Assembly: GCA_002269645.1 (NCBI GenBank)
Contig: NIVC01000001.1
Location: 1,240,001 to 1,304,000, forward strand
DNA: 64,000 nucleotides
Source of the DNA: Macrostomum lignano
Lineage: Eukaryota
Direction of reading: 5' to 3'
In this document: positions 23,256-37,224 of the stretch, in pieces
Layout of the letters: each line of letters begins with the position of its first letter
How positions within the stretch are numbered: position 1 is the first letter of the stretch
The notes under the pieces: model-generated
Database searches by the model: none
What the model was told of the DNA's origin: nothing
What the model saw: the letters and a program-made list of their open reading frames with translations, nothing else
Translations under genes and position numbers: made by a program

Positions 23256-24764
23256 ACTGCATGGTGGATCGATTCTAATTTTACAGAATTGTGCAGTAGA
23301 ACCGATCATGCTCCGTTCTAACATGCAACTGAAACTACAACCTCTGCGTTATGCGAAAGGCAAATCGTGGACGAAAAGTATAGTAACCAGTACCAGGACC
23401 ACTGTATATAATGTTATGTAATGGTCCTTGACCAGTACACGTGTATGTTAAAAAGATTCTGGAATCCGAATTGACAAAGATAGATATTATGTACAGTCAA
23501 TTTTGGTGTGTTTATAGACTATATATGGAGATACATTTTTCGCTAGTCCTGCACTGACTGATTTATTAGTTCATAACTTCATTCTCATACTACTCACAAT
23601 TTAGTCAGCTACATGTACATAACTGTTGTGTATGTATAGTATCGACAAACAAGCAATATCGAGTAGTGTAAGAAGAGCTGTAAAGCGTCCGTAAAGCAAT
23701 ACTGCACGCACAGGAGCGTATTAGGAAAAAACGTCACCTTTCGAAGACAGATACTGAATTGCAACAGAGCGAAAAGCACGGGATTATGTGTAGGGGTAGA
23801 ATTATAACGCGAAAATTTGCAGAAAAAAAAACAAAAAAATTGGTCAGATTGTTTGGAAACGAACGCGGAAGGTGAACCTGGCTGTATGCACACATGGGGC
23901 GATGGCTATAAATAACAGTACAGTCAAAGCACAGGGTTTTTCGCGAATTGCGGTGGAATTTAATTCACGGGATGCGTTTTGATTTCTCCGGAGCCGAAAA
24001 ACCGCGAGGACTTATTATGCACAAATTGTGATGAAGAAACGTGATTATTAATTTTATGAGTTAGTCCTTGCGAATACAAAATATCGGTGGGCAATTATCT
24101 GGATTGGAAAATTGCTTAAAGCATCAGAAGTCAAAGCAACTGGTATATCTAAAATTCGGGTATTTGGGCAAATATTTTGGTTAGAAACTAATTCGAGGCA
24201 TAATTTGCTACATCTGTTATACGATTCGAGAATTCCGCCAGCCACCGTAATTTTAAATTGGCGCCAAATTTAGATCATTGCATTTTTTAATCAAATGTGT
24301 TTATATGTAATATTCGTTTCGAGTATTAAACTTCAAATTTTAGCGCTAATTTAAAAACAAAGCAAAATATAGTTGCAGATTATTGCTTGGGAGAAGAAGG
24401 GCAAAAGCAAGATCAGAAAAAATAATAATTGTAATACGAATGGTTATTAAAGCTGCATAAAGCTGCAATAAATAATTATCAACTCGCTATAAAAATTAGT
24501 TGGGCGAGGAAGCTCTTAAAAAGGAGCAAAAGCCAAAACTACTAACTGGCAGGTACCGTGTAGCATATCATGTATTCGGATGTAATAAAATTCATTAGTT
24601 CTTCAAAACTTAACAAATAATCTTCCACCCGGCATTACAGTACTAAAAATTAACAGTAATAAATTGCGAGACACGATCCAATGAGAATTGATTATGACGG
24701 AGAAAACATTTTACTTGTGAATGAAATTGAAAACATGAAGGTCAAGGACTGTATAACAGCTAGA

Positions 24765-25852
24765 TCCCTTATCTAACAGATCCCTTATCTAACAGATCCC
24801 TTATCTAACAGATCCCTTATCTAACAGATCCTTTATCTAACAGATCCTTTATCTAACAGATCCCTTATCTAACAGATCCCTTATCTAACAGATCCCTTAT
24901 CTAACAGGTCCCTTATCTAATAGGTCTCCTTTCTAACAGGTCCCTTATCTAACAGGTCTCCTTTCTAACAGGTCCCTTATCTAACAAGTCTCTTATCTAA
25001 CAGGTCTCCTTTCTAACAGGTCTCCTATCTAACAGGTCCCTTATCTAACAGGTCCCTTATCTAACAGGTCCCTTATCTAACAGGTCCCTTATCTAACAGG
25101 TCCCTTATCTAACAAGTCTCTTATCTAACAGGTCCCTTATCTAACAGATCCCTTATCTAACAGATCTCTTATCTAACAGATCCCAGATCCCTTATCTAAC
25201 AGGTCTCCTATCTAACAGATCCCTTATCTAACAGATCCCTTATCTAACAGACCCCCTATCTAACAGGTCCCTTATCTAACAGATCCCTTATCTAACAGAT
25301 CCCTTATCTAACAGATCTCTTATCTAACAGATCCCAGATCCCTTATCTAACAGGTCTCCTATCTAACAGATCCCTTATCTAACAGATCCCTTATCTAACG
25401 GACCCCTATCTAACAGGTCCCTTATCTAACAGATCCCTTATCTAACAGATCCCTTATCTAACAGATCTCTTATCTAACAGATCCCAGATCCTTTATCTAA
25501 CAGGTCTCCTATCTAACAGATCCCTTATCTAACAGATCCCTTATCTAACAGACCCCCTATCTAACAGGTCCCTTATCTAACAGGTCTCCTATCTAACAGG
25601 ACTCCTATCTAACAGGTCCTTATCTAACAGGTCCTTATCTAACAGGTCCCTTATCTAACAGGTCTCCTATCTAATAGGTCCCTTATCTAACAGATCCCTT
25701 ATCTAACAGGTCTCCTATCTAATAGGTCCCTAATCTAACAGGTCCCTTATCTAACAGGTCCTTGTGTAACACGTCTCCTATCTAATAGGTCCCTTTTCTA
25801 ACAGGTCCCTTATCTAACAGGTCCTTGTGTAACACGTCCCCTATCTAACAGG
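24765..25852. repeat. 16-bp minisatellite
   Basis: Unit (A/G)TCCCTTATCTAACAG. Confidence 0.95.
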
Positions 25853-26275
25853 TAGCATCTAAAATTCGGTTTGAAAATCGAACAAAATACTTCGACAAAA
25901 ATACTTTGATTTCACAGACGTAAAGAATTAAATACATTGTCTTAACAACCGGGGGAGAAAATGACAAACGAAAATAATGAGTGCTGCACTGAAAAATAGC
26001 ATTGGTGCATCGGCAGCGAATCGGGTTAGCGGAAACAATGACCTTTGTACATAATTTTGTAAACTGAACACGTATTCTAAATTATCATATCCTACTCAAA
26101 CTAGCAATCCAGTGGAATTAAACTCCCCCCTATTGCGAGACTAGCAATCCAGAGGAATTAAATTCCCTCCTAATGAGAGACAAGCAATCCAGTGTAATTA
26201 AATATCCCCATCACCAGGGTGTCAGACCAGCAATCAGCATGCTGAAGTACAATCGCACTTTTGCCCGTCATCATC

Positions 26276-28907
26276 TTACGCTCGCCCGGTGCACGCTGGC
26301 GGCCGGAAGGAGAACTCTCTGAGCACTTTTTCGCCGACTTTGAGCACCTCGGTGACGCGGTCGGCTGTGCTGGTCGCGGTGTACACGAAGGGAAACCGGC
26401 TGGCCAGCCGTGAGCACAGAAGGCTTCTCTGGCGCCAGTGCGGCAGCGGCACCTCCATCACGTGGGAGAAGCCGCGCGATTGACACAGGGTCCAGTTGAA
26501 GCCCGGGTCCTAAGCCGGGGGAGAGATAAAACAGAGTGCTTGCTTAAATTTATTTGTCTTTTGCGATTAAGCTACTGCAAGTAAAAAGTTGCGTTTTTTT
26601 ACTTTACTGTTCGACTCTGTTCATTAAATTTAGAAAAGAATTTGGCACACAAATAATGCGTTTTCATTTGAAGCGTATGAAAATTGAATCAATACTGTTT
26701 GGAACAACATTTTTATTCGAAATGTATTGCGGATGGGGAAATTTCAAGGCCAACAGGGGGAATTGCTGAGATGTCAAGGCTAACAGGGGGAATTGCTGAG
26801 ATGTCAAGGCTAACAGGGGGAATTGCTGAGGTGTCAAGGCTAACAGGGGGAATTGCTGAGATGTCAAGGCTAACAGGGGGAATTGCTGAGATGTCAAGGC
26901 CAACAGGGGGAATTGCTGAGATGTCAAGGCTAACAGGGGGAATTGCTGAGATGTCAAGGCCAACAGGGGTATTGCTGAGATTTCGATGTATTCCATTCTT
27001 TGTTGGCTCCCCAACAGGAGGGCGCTGCTGATTGCTAGTTAACCCCCTCCCCCAGTCAAGCCGCCATCCCCAACCCCCCAAGAATCAAACCGCTACCCCT
27101 AACCACCCAAGAGTCAAACCGCTACCCCAACCAGTGCAACCACACAAGAGTCAAACCGCTACCCAAACCACCCAAGAGTCAAACCGCTACCCCAACCACC
27201 CAAGAGTCAAACCGCTACCCCAACCACCCAAGAGTCAAACCGCTACCCCAACCACCCAAGAGTCAAACCGCTACCCCAACCACCCAAGAGTCAAACCGCT
27301 ACCCCAACCACCCAAGAGTCAAACCGCTACCCCAACCACCCAAGAGTCAAACCGCTACCCCCAACCACCCAAGAGTAAAGACGCACCCCCCTCCCTCAAA
27401 CCCCCAAGATCCAGTCATACCCCCAACCCCCCAAAAGTGAAGCCGCACATTCAAATTCCCCCAACCCTTGAAAAAGCCAAAGGCGCCATAATCTGAACCA
27501 TCATCAAAATCACCTGAAACTCGGCGCGCATGAAGTCACCGGGCGCGCAGGGCACCGGAAGCATCATGCCCTCGTAGGGGCGCAGCTGCAGTGGGAACAG
27601 GTCCTTCCGTCGGAAGTAGATGTCACCGTAGTAGGCGTGCCGCAGGTGGCTGGCGTTGTGGCCCTGCACGAAGAAGATGTCAACGTAGGGCCAGCGGAAT
27701 TTGCTCCACGGCTGCAGCAGGAAGGCGTCGGAGTCGGCCCGGAAGAACTTCCACTTACCCAGCGCCGCCCACTCCATGAAGCGGTACAGACGGTACTCGG
27801 GCTCCAGCTGTTTCAGGGCCGCCTCCATCTGCTGGCGCTGCTCGATAAGCACCATCACGTCTGCGGAGTGAGTGAGCGAATGGTTGATGATTCTTTTTAA
27901 AGATACCCGTGTCTTAAGATCCCAGAATCAGCCTCTTACAGATTAGCTCCATGTTCCTAAACCCAATATCTATTAATATAATTCCAAATGTCATATTTGG
28001 GATCTCAGAATCCCCAATTTGAAATTCTTTCTCCCAGATGCCAGGTCCAAGTTTACAGTTTCTGCTTCAACAGCTCCCCAATCCGAAATCAGAGCTCCCC
28101 AATCCGAAATCCCAGCTCCCCAATCCGAAATCAGAGCTCCCCAATCCGAAATCAGAGCTCCCCAATCCAAAATCCCAGCTCCCAAATCCGAAATCCCAGC
28201 TCCCCAATCCGAAATCCCAGATCCCCAATCCGAAATCCCAGATCCCCAATCTGAAATCCCAAATCCCCAATCCGAAATCCCAGCTCCCCAATCTGAAATC
28301 CCAGCTCCCCAATCTGAAATCCCAGCTCCCCAATCCGAAACCCCAGCTCCCCAATCCGAAATCCCAGATCCCCAATCCGAAATCGGCCAGCCCCCCAATC
28401 TGAAATCCCAGCTCCCTAATCCGAAATCCCAGCTCCCCAACCAAAGTTTCAAGCTCCGAGACTTCCGATTCCAGCTCCTGAATATTTCATCCCACCAATC
28501 CAGCGTCTTCAGAGCAACTTACCAACGTCGTCATCCCACGGGATGCGTCCGTGATGCCGCAGGCTGCCCAGCAGGGTGCCGGAGCACAGGAAGAAGGTCA
28601 CGCTGGCGTTTTTCATCGCGTCAGCAAAGACGCGCAACACAGAGCGCATCTGCATGGCCTGCTGCTCGGTGACGGGGCTGTAGAAATAGTCCTCGGTCTT
28701 GAGGTGGCCGGACTGGCTGAGCTGCATGATGAGAACGTAGGTGTTCACCAACAACACGAAGATGTTGATGGAGACGATGGAACGGGTTGAGATGAAGCGG
28801 CCGGTGCGCATCTGGGCGAATCGCTTGAACCAGAGGCGGGCTGCCGTTCGGGCCTCGGCTGCTGAGTCTGCGGCTGCGGCTGCTCCTGCGACCTCCGGGT
28901 CCTTCAT
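26276..28907 (-). CDS. LicD-family (fukutin/FKRP-related) nucleotidyltransferase-fold phosphotransferase, type II membrane. Exons 28907-28523, 27860-27514, 26509-26276 (about 321 aa)
   Basis: LicD signature GTLLGSLRHHGRIPWDDDV|D, WPYVDIF and DLFPLQLRPYEG. The N-terminal hydrophobic segment is SIVSINIFVLLVNTYVLIM. Splice sites G|gtaagt, ccgcag|AC, CAG|gtgatt and ggcttag|GAC keep the frame. Confidence 0.9.
26745..26985. repeat. 30-bp minisatellite in LicD intron 2
   Basis: Unit (C/T)AACAGGGGGAATTGCTGAGATGTCAAGGC. Confidence 0.95.
27080..27375. repeat. 28-bp minisatellite in LicD intron 2
   Basis: Unit CAAGAGTCAAACCGCTACCCCAACCACC. Confidence 0.95.
28070..28445. repeat. 21-bp minisatellite in LicD intron 1
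   Basis: Unit CCAATCCGAAATCCCAGCTCC. Confidence 0.95.
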
Positions 28908-29029
28908 CTTAGGGAAGCATGCGCGCTGCGCGGGTTTACGGAGGAGAGGACGAGTCAGGTGATGTACGGAATGTCAAACATGTCGTTAGCATTACAATTG
29001 CAACAAATAGTAGGATGCAGCAGCTGCTC

Positions 29030-30065
29030 TGAAGCTGCTCTGAAGCTGCTCTGAAGGTACTCCTGAAGCTATTTTGACGCTACTCTGAATCTGCCCTGAA
29101 TGTACGCTGACGCTACTCTGAATCTGCCCTGAATGTACGCTGAAGCTACTCTGAAGCTACTCTGAAGCTACTCTGAAGCTACTCTGAAGCTACTCTGAAG
29201 CTACTTCAAAGCTACTCCAAAGCTACTCCAAAGCTACTCTGAAGGTACTCTGAAGGTACTCTGAAGGTACTCTGAAGGTACTCTGAAGGTACTCTGAAGG
29301 TACTTCAAAGCTACTCCAAAGCTACTCTGAAGGTACTCTGAAGGTACTTCAAAGCTACACCAAAGCTACTCTGAAGGTACTCTGAAGGTACTTCAAAGCT
29401 ACTCCAAAGCTACTCTGAAGCTACTTCAAAGCTAGTCCAAAGCTACTCCAAAGCTACTCCAAAGCTACTCTGAAGCTACTCCAAAGCTACTCCAAAGCTA
29501 CTCCAAAGCTACTCCAAAGCTACTCCAAAGCTACTCTGAAGCTACTCTGAAGGTACTCTGAAGCTACTCTGAAGGTACTCTGAAGCTACTTCAAAGCTAG
29601 TCCAAAGCTACTCCAAAGCTACTCCAAAGCTACTCTGAAGCTACTCCAAAGCTACTCCAAAGCTACTCCAAAGCTACTCCAAAGCTACTCCAAAGCTACT
29701 CCAAAGCTAGTCCAAAGCTACTCTTAGGCTACTCCACAGCTACTTTAAAGCTACTCCAAAGCTACTCCAAAGCTACTCCAAAGCTACTCTTAAGCTACTC
29801 TTAAGCTACTCCAAAGCTACTCCAAAGCTTCTCTTAAGCTACTCCAAAGCTACTCCAAAGCTACTCCAAAGCTACTCCAAAGCTACTCCAAAGCTACTCC
29901 AAAGCTATTATAAAGCTACTCCAAAGCTACTCCAAAGCTACTCCAAAGCTACTCCAAAGCTATTATAAAGCTACTCTGAAGCTACTCCAAAGCTACTCCA
30001 AAGCTATTATAAAGCTACTCCAAAGCTTCTCCAAAGCTACTCTGAAGCTGTTCCGAAGCTACTCT
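29030..30065. repeat. 11-bp minisatellite upstream of the LicD gene
   Basis: Unit AAGCTACTCTG grading into AAGCTACTCCA. Confidence 0.95.
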
Positions 30066-30654
30066 GTAGCGACCATTCCGCACTGAAGTCTTTCTGAGCT
30101 GGCTGCTAGCTAAGTACGGGTAATAGCAAATCAATCATTTTCGCAAACCTCAATTGAGTTAACTCTGCAGCTCTTGTCTAGCCTACACTGAATACAGTGT
30201 GCCGCTATAATAACAGTCTGCATAGAACTACTGGAAAAATTTCCAATCAGCCATCAATCATTCTGCTCGTATACGCTGCAACCACAGAAACAGCCCGCAT
30301 ACAGAAACGCGGATTTACAATGCATATCCGATCGTGGTAAAGTTCTGCCTTCAGGGTACAGCACTGCGGTTAGATGAGCAGAGTTTCTGTGATAAATATC
30401 GTACTTGCATGTCTAGACCTTGTGCCGCAAACATCATCAATAGCTTATTTACGACGTAGTTAATTTAAAATGACTATGGTACAAGTGGTTAAGCCCTCGT
30501 ATAGCTCGTATATAAGTAACTTGGGGGGTTGGGTTTAGCGACAGAGTCCCTGTTTTAAGCTGGCATCAGTCAAGAAAGCTCAAATACCAACATCTCTCTA
30601 CGCCCGCACCCTACCCTTTAGCACTGCTCAGCCTCTCTAACCCACACAAGTCCA

Positions 30655-31017
30655 TGGGGGACGTAACCCAGAGTGGCCTGGCGCTGCGCTCTGATGTGCC
30701 AGCGGCCCAGGCTCGATTCCAAGTGCAGTCACATTAATTTGAGGCTGAATTGGAATCTCGGCTTGGCTCTCCTCGTGCAATTAACGGCCTTGAGAGCCAA
30801 CCCCCCAAGGCGCAGTGAAGTGCACATGCCTAACGATAAACAAAGTTAGGGCCGCTGTACACTCCTGTGTGAGTGTGTGCCTGCTCAGGGAAGTCGGCGG
30901 AATGGGCAGCAATGCCTCTCGCCGGTTGTGGTGACAATGTCACTTAAAGTGCGCCAGGGTGCACACAGCCTCTAACTGCAGACTCCGTGCTTACAGATTA
31001 CTCAAGTTTGACAATTG
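30655..31017 (+). mobile_element. tRNA-headed SINE-like element
   Basis: GGGGACGTAACCCAGAGTGG (A-box-like) ... GGCTCGATTCC (B-box-like), followed by a GC-rich body of about 300 bp. Confidence 0.55.
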
Positions 31018-32074
31018 GTATCACGAAGTCTTGCAACACAAGTTGAGTTGAGTTCATTCAGGCTTGCGCCCCCTGACAAGACGCCGACTGCGCCAACCGG
31101 GGAAAAAAAGTTTTTTTTGTTCAATCAGCCGAACAGAAGCGGAGATTTCCTCAGCTGAAGGGGAATTTGAACAGCTGGCGCACTTGACCCAATCTGATTT
31201 GCCAATGTCCGCTAGCTCTGGCCACGGAGCTAAGTGCATGCGGAATCAGCTCAAGTCGAGTCGCTCTGCCGACTCTATAACTATACACATGCAGCCTGTA
31301 GCAATGACCAGCCTAGTGCGCTAAATCCAATCGATCTTCTGAAACAATTCTAAGGAAGACTGGATTTGGGATCAGCTTGAGATCGAGTGGCCTTCACTCT
31401 TCTTTCTTCACTTCAGACTTTTCTAATCTGAATGTCTTCGCATTTGAACCGCAGTGCCAGATTTGCTCAAATTTCGTCTCGGGGGGGGGGGTTTAATCCG
31501 TGCACAACGGGGTATTGGCTGGCACAGCACTTGCTTTGGTTGAAGGGGGGGTGACGATATGCTCGCTTCCGGTAGAGCACCCCTTGCTCCGCTCTGAAAT
31601 GCACTTTTCCAAACTTGCATTCCTTTTCTATGAATGAATCAGTTGCAGTTTTCTTCTGAATTTTCCGAGAAAGAAAGAGAAAGAACAAGCTCGAAGAGAA
31701 ATAGTTTGTCCCAGAAAAAAGCTTTGCATTGGAGATCTTATAGTCTGACTTTGTAAGAAAAAATTACTTACTGACTAGATTCTTGGCAACTGTTTCACTG
31801 TAGAAAAATCCCTATTCAAACAATTGCGCTATGCAATGCCACAGCTGTCTTGACAACACGTTTGGCCCCGCGGGAGACAAGCGCGCTATAGTGCTCAACT
31901 CAATGCCCCGAACGAGTCTCAACGAGTCGAGTGCGACAGAAATCTGTCCATTTGTGAAATAAAATGGGTTAAATGGGCCAACGTGGGGTAATTTCGGTCG
32001 AATGGTCAGGAGGCAGAAAAACAAAATTATCCAGGCTTATAAGCTTGAAACTGCTATGGAGAAGCCGGAGTAGA

Positions 32075-33262
32075 AGAAGAGTGAGGGAGAAGGAGAGGGA
32101 GAAGGAGAGGGAGTAGAGGGAGAAGGAGAGGGAGGAGGAGAGGGAGAAGGAGAGGGAGAAGGAGAGGGAGAAGGGGAGGGAGGAGAGGGAGGAGGAGAGG
32201 GAGGAGGAGAGGGAGAGGGAGAAGAGGGAGAAGGAGAGGGAGAAGGAGGAGAGGGAGAAGGAGAAGGAGAGGGAGAAGGAGAGGGAGTAGAGGGAGAAGG
32301 AGAGGGAGGAGGAGAGGGAGAAGGAGAGGGAGAAGGAGAGGGAGAAGGGGAGGGAGGAGAGGGAGGAGGAGAGGGAGAAGGAGAGGGAGAAGGGGATGGG
32401 GGAGAGGAAGGAGGAGAGGGAGGAGGAGAGGGAGAGGGAGAAGAGGGAGAAGGAGAGGGAGAAGGAGGAGAGGGAGAAGGAGAGAGAGAGGGGGATGGGG
32501 GAGAGGGAGGAGGAGAGGGAGGAGGAGAGGGAGGAGGAGAGGGAGAAGGAGAGGGAGAAGGGGAGGGAGAAGGAGGAGAGGGAGAAGGAGAGGGAGAGGG
32601 AGAAGAGGGAGAAGGAGAGGGAGAAGGAGAGGGAGGAGGAGAGGGAGAAGGAGAGGGAGAAGGGGAGGGAGGAGAGGGAGGAGGAGAGGGAGGAGGAGAG
32701 GGAGAAGGAGGGGGAGAAGGGGAGGGAGGAGAGGGAGGAGGAGAGGGAGAAGGGGATGGGGGAGAGGAAGGAGGAGAGGGAGGAGGAGAGGGAGAGGGAG
32801 AAGAGGGAGAAGGAGAGGGAGAAGGGGATGGGGGAGAGGGAGGAGGAGAGGGAGGAGGAGAGGGAGGAGGAGAGGGAGATGGAGAAGAGGGAGAAGGAGA
32901 GGGAGAAGGGGATGGGGGAGAGGGAGGAGGAGAGGGAGGGCGAGAGGGAGGAGGAGAGGGAGGAGGAGAGGGAGGAGGAGAGGGAGAAGGAGGAGAGGGA
33001 GAAGGAGAGGGAGAGGGGGATGGGGGAGAGGGAGGAGGAGAGGGAGGAGGAGAGGGAGGAGGAGAGGGAGGAGGAGAGGGAGAAGGAGAAGGAGAAGGAG
33101 AGGGAGAAGGAGAGGAAGGAGAGGGAGGAGATGGAGGAGGAGAGGGAGAAGGGGATGGGGAGAGGGAGGAGGAGAGGGAGGAGGAGAGGGAGGAGGAGAG
33201 GGAGGAGAGGGAGAAGGAGATGGAGAGGGAGGAGAGGGAGAGGAGTCCAGGAGAAGGGAGAT
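32075..33262. repeat. Polypurine (GGA/GA) low-complexity tract
   Basis: Almost entirely G/A, built from GGAGAGGGAGAA and GGAGGAGAG motifs. Confidence 0.95.
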
Positions 33263-34099
33263 GGGAGGGTTCAAACGATATTAGAGGCGACAAAGTGGCA
33301 AGTAAGTGGAAAAGCTGAGCTGAGAACATGACCCAGTGTATTTATTTAAGCTAAGCCCATATAAGCCGCGGCATTAGATGGATAGCAGAGGAACTCAACT
33401 CACCCAAGATATACACTCGTTATACTAATAAATTAGTATGCATGTCCTCGACAATATATGTATGCACATATAATTCAAATACGAGCTACCTATAGATCCG
33501 GACTAGCAATCTGTTCACTACTCACTGACTGACTGTATAAACTTGAACTAAACTTATCAAATCTGGCGTCTTATCTTATAAAATAAAAATGACTGCACAC
33601 TGCAGTGTGTAACATGCAATATACACGCGCCCCAGCACGCCACTGAACTGTTTAGCATTGACTCAGGGGGGGGGGCCTTCTCCCCCTCCATGGACTGCAG
33701 TAACTACATACAGCATAGTCCCAGTCAGCCACTGACACACTAGCATTCCCACTCTCTCTCTCTGCCATCCCGCAGCCCCGCAGTGTGCTGCACTTGTAAT
33801 TATATAACCGCACACTGCACAACTGCCTTCCACCAGCCGTGTGTACGCTCGGTTCGACCGAACTGAGTGAGCCCCGAGGTTCGCTCGAACTTTGCATGCA
33901 GTTCGGCGTGGCAAGATAGCAAAATTGCAATTGCGAGTGTTGAGGACACTTTGCTAGGCAGCCCCGCTTTTGGCAATTGGGGAATGGAATAGCGAGTTCC
34001 AGGGATTTTTCGCACTTAATGTGATCCCTCTCTCCTGCCTCTCGCTTTTTTATCTCTATACCTTTGTCCGTCTCTCTGTCTCATACTTGGCTCTGTATG

Positions 34100-36190
34100 C
34101 CTCTCCCCGTCTCAACTTGTCTGTTCCTGTCTCTCCCCGTCTGTCCCTGTCTCTCCCCGTCTGTCCCTGTCTCTCCCCGTCTGTCCCTGTCTCTCCCCGT
34201 CTGTCCCTGTCTCTCCCCGTCTGTCCCTGTCTCTCCCCGTCTGTCCCTGTCTCTCCCCGTCTGTCCCTGCCTCTCCCCGTCTGTCCCTGTCTCTCCCCGT
34301 CTGTCCCTGTCTCTCCCCGTCTGTCCCTGTCTCTCCCCGTCTGTCCCTGTCTCTCCCCGTCTGTCCCTGTCTCTCCCCGTCTGTCCCTGTCTCTCCCCGT
34401 CTGTCCCTGCCTCTCCCCGTCTGTCCCTGTCTCTCCCCGTCTGTCCCTGTCTCTCCCCGTCTGTCCCTGTCTCTCCCCGTCTGTCCCTGTCTCTCCCCGT
34501 CTGTCCCTGCCTCTCCCCGTCTGTCCCTGTCTCTCCCCGTCTGTCCCTGTCTCTCCCCGTCTGTCCCTGTCTCTCCCCGTCTGTCCCTGTCTCTCCCCGT
34601 CTGTCCCTGTCTCTCCCCGTCTGTCCCTGTCTCTCCCCGTCTGTCCCTGTCTCTCCCCGTCTGTCCCTGTCTCTCCCCGTCTGTCCCTGTCTCTCCCCGT
34701 CTGTCCCTGCCTCTCCCCGTCTGTCCCTATCTCTCCCCGTCTGTTCCTGTCTCTCCCCGTCTGTTCCTGTCTCTCCCCGTCTCTACTTGTCTGTTCCTGT
34801 CTCTCCCCGTCTGTTCCTGTCTCTCCCCGTCTGTCCCTGTCTCTCCCCGTCTGTTCCTGTCTCTCCTTGTCTGTTTCTGTCTCTCCCCGTCTGTTCCTGC
34901 CTCTCCCCGTCTGTTTCTGTCTCTCCCCGTCTCTACTTGTCTGTCCCTGCCTCTCCCCGTCTGTTCCTGCCTCTCCCCGTCTGTTCCTGCCTCTCCCCGT
35001 CTGTTCCTGCCTCTCCCCGTCTGTTCCTGCCTCTCCCCGTCTGTCCCTGCCTCTCCCCGTCTGTCCCTGTCTCTCCCCGTCTGTCCCTGTCTCTCCCCGT
35101 CTGTCCCTGTCTCTCCCCGTCTGTCCCTGTCTCTCCCCGTCTGTCCCTGTCTCTCCCCGTCTGTCCCTGTCTCTCCCCGTCTGTCCCTGTCTCTCCCCGT
35201 CTGTCCCTGTCTCTCCCCGTCTGTTCCTGCCTCTCCCCGTCTGTTCCTGTCTCTCCCCGTCTGTTCCTGCCTCTCCCCGTCTGTTCCTGTCTCTCCCCGT
35301 CTGTTCCTGTCTCTCCCCGTCTGTTCCTGCCTCTCCCCGTCTGTTCCTGTCTCTCCCCGTCTGTCCCTGTCTCTCCCCGTCTGTTCCTGTCTCTCCTTGT
35401 CTGTTTCTGTCTCTCCTTGTCTGTTTCTGTCTCTCCCCGTCTGTTCCTGCCTCTCCCCGTCTGTTTCTGTCTCTCCCCGTCTCTACTTGTCTGTCCCTGC
35501 CTCTCCCCGTCTGTTCCTGCCTCTCCCCGTCTGTTCCTGCCTCTCCCCGTCTGTTCCTGCCTCTCCCCGTCTGTCCCTGCCTCTCCCCGTCTGTCCCTGC
35601 CTCTCCCCGTCTGTCCCTGTCTCTCCCCGTCTGTCCCTGTCTCTCCCCGTCTGTCCCTGTCTCTCCCCGTCTGTCCCTGTCTCTCCCCGTCTGTCCCTGT
35701 CTCTCCCCGTCTGTCCCTGCCTCTCCCCGTCTGTCCCTGTCTCTCCCCGTCTGTCCCTGTCTCTCCCCGTCTGTTCCTGTCTCTCCCCGTCTGTTCCTGC
35801 CTCTCCCCGTCTGTTCCTGTCTCTCCCCGTCTGTTCCTGCCTCTCCCCGTCTGTTCCTGTCTCTCCCCGTCTGTTCCTGTCTCTCCCCGTCTGTTCCTGT
35901 CTCTCCCCGTCTGTTCCTGTCTCTCCCCGTCTGTTCCTGTCTCTCCCCGTCTGTTCCTGTCTCTCCCCGTCTGTTCCTGTCTCTCCCCGTCTGTTCCTGT
36001 CTCTCCCCGTCTGTTCCTGTCTCTCCCCGTCTGTTCCTGTCTCTCCCCGTCTGTTCCTGTCTCTCCCCGTCTGTTCCTGTCTCTCTCTCCATCTGTCCCT
36101 GTCTGTCCCTGTCTCTCCTTATACCTCTCTGTCTCTCCCTATCTGAGTCTGTCTGACTGATTGTCTCCCTGCCTGTCCCATTCCCCGTCT
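34100..36190. repeat. 20-bp pyrimidine-rich minisatellite (about 2 kb)
   Basis: Unit CTGT(C/T)CCTG(T/C)CTCTCCCCGT. It explains the 700-aa ORFs in the track. Confidence 0.97.
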
Positions 36191-37224
36191 CTCCATGTCT
36201 GTGTCCTATAGTCCCAGGAATATAGGTAAGTTGTTTTCTAAGATTTTTAAACAACGTCAAACTTTCACTGTTACCGAATAGCAAAAACAAAAGAGTAAAG
36301 ACTTCGACGCTTTTCCAACTAGAACCCTCAGACAATTATTTAGCCACAAGTGGAAGGCTCGTATGTCTCAAGGAACAGTGCAGGCACACTAAAATGCCTA
36401 CAGGTGATCTCAGTCGCTGTCCCTCTCTGGAACACGCGCGGCCCGGATGTGCTTACCAGAAAATGTATCAAGAAGCCGCATGCTGTAGTGGCTGCTAATC
36501 TTATTGAAAAAAAACGACTTATTTAGTCAATAAATTCTTGTTTTTCTCTTCGAAAAATACTATATTATATATTCGAGAAATGAAAGCACTTTTCTATATT
36601 AATATCCAGGCAAATTATGGGACAACAAAGCGGGCTCAACCTCAACTGCTTAAGGGGAGAAGGCAAGGAGCTAAGGAGGGATGCCCGGTTTTGAGGGATC
36701 CTGTGGGGGATTTTTATAAAGTCTGCGAGTGGGAAATCGGGAAAAATACAGAGAGAGTGGAGATGGCGGTGGGGGGAGAGGGGGAACTTCTTCCACAGGG
36801 GAGTGGGGAATGAGCGAAGGGATGAAAACGAGCGGTGGGTAGGGGTGGGGGGCACACGCACGGGCTGGGTGGCCATTGGAGGGGGCACGAAAAGGGGGCG
36901 GTTCCCCTGCGCACTGCCGGGCACACAGGGGTGCGAGCCTCTCGGACAGGCGCACGGAGGGGGCAGGGAAATGAGAAAGAAGGGCGAGACGAGGTGAGAG
37001 AGCAGCCGAAAAGGAGAGAGAGAAAAGGATGAAACTGGGCGATGACGCAGTGATGGAATTCACTGCATGACTCTCTGACGGGGACACCCGGTTCAGTCGA
37101 TTTTGATAATCGAGAATGACTGCCTGAGCTTTCGCGATTCGAGATCTTGCGGCATCTTTTGGTGATGTCTGTGATGGGATCTGGGATTTATTGGAATAGC
37201 TGGACCGTTGGAACATGTGTATTT

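Noticed and set aside
24765-25852. CRISPR-like appearance of the tandem arrays (here and elsewhere)
   Set aside because: The units are contiguous with no unique spacers, there are no cas genes, and the context is eukaryotic.
32037-36335. Long ORFs of 300-760 aa (Pro/Ser, Leu/Pro, Glu/Arg, GETGTD repeats)
   Set aside because: They are open in several frames on both strands because the repeat units lack stops. There is no domain or splice support.
36671-37216. 181-aa minus-strand ORF between satellites
   Set aside because: There is no recognisable domain, part of it is low-complexity, and I found no supported splice partners.
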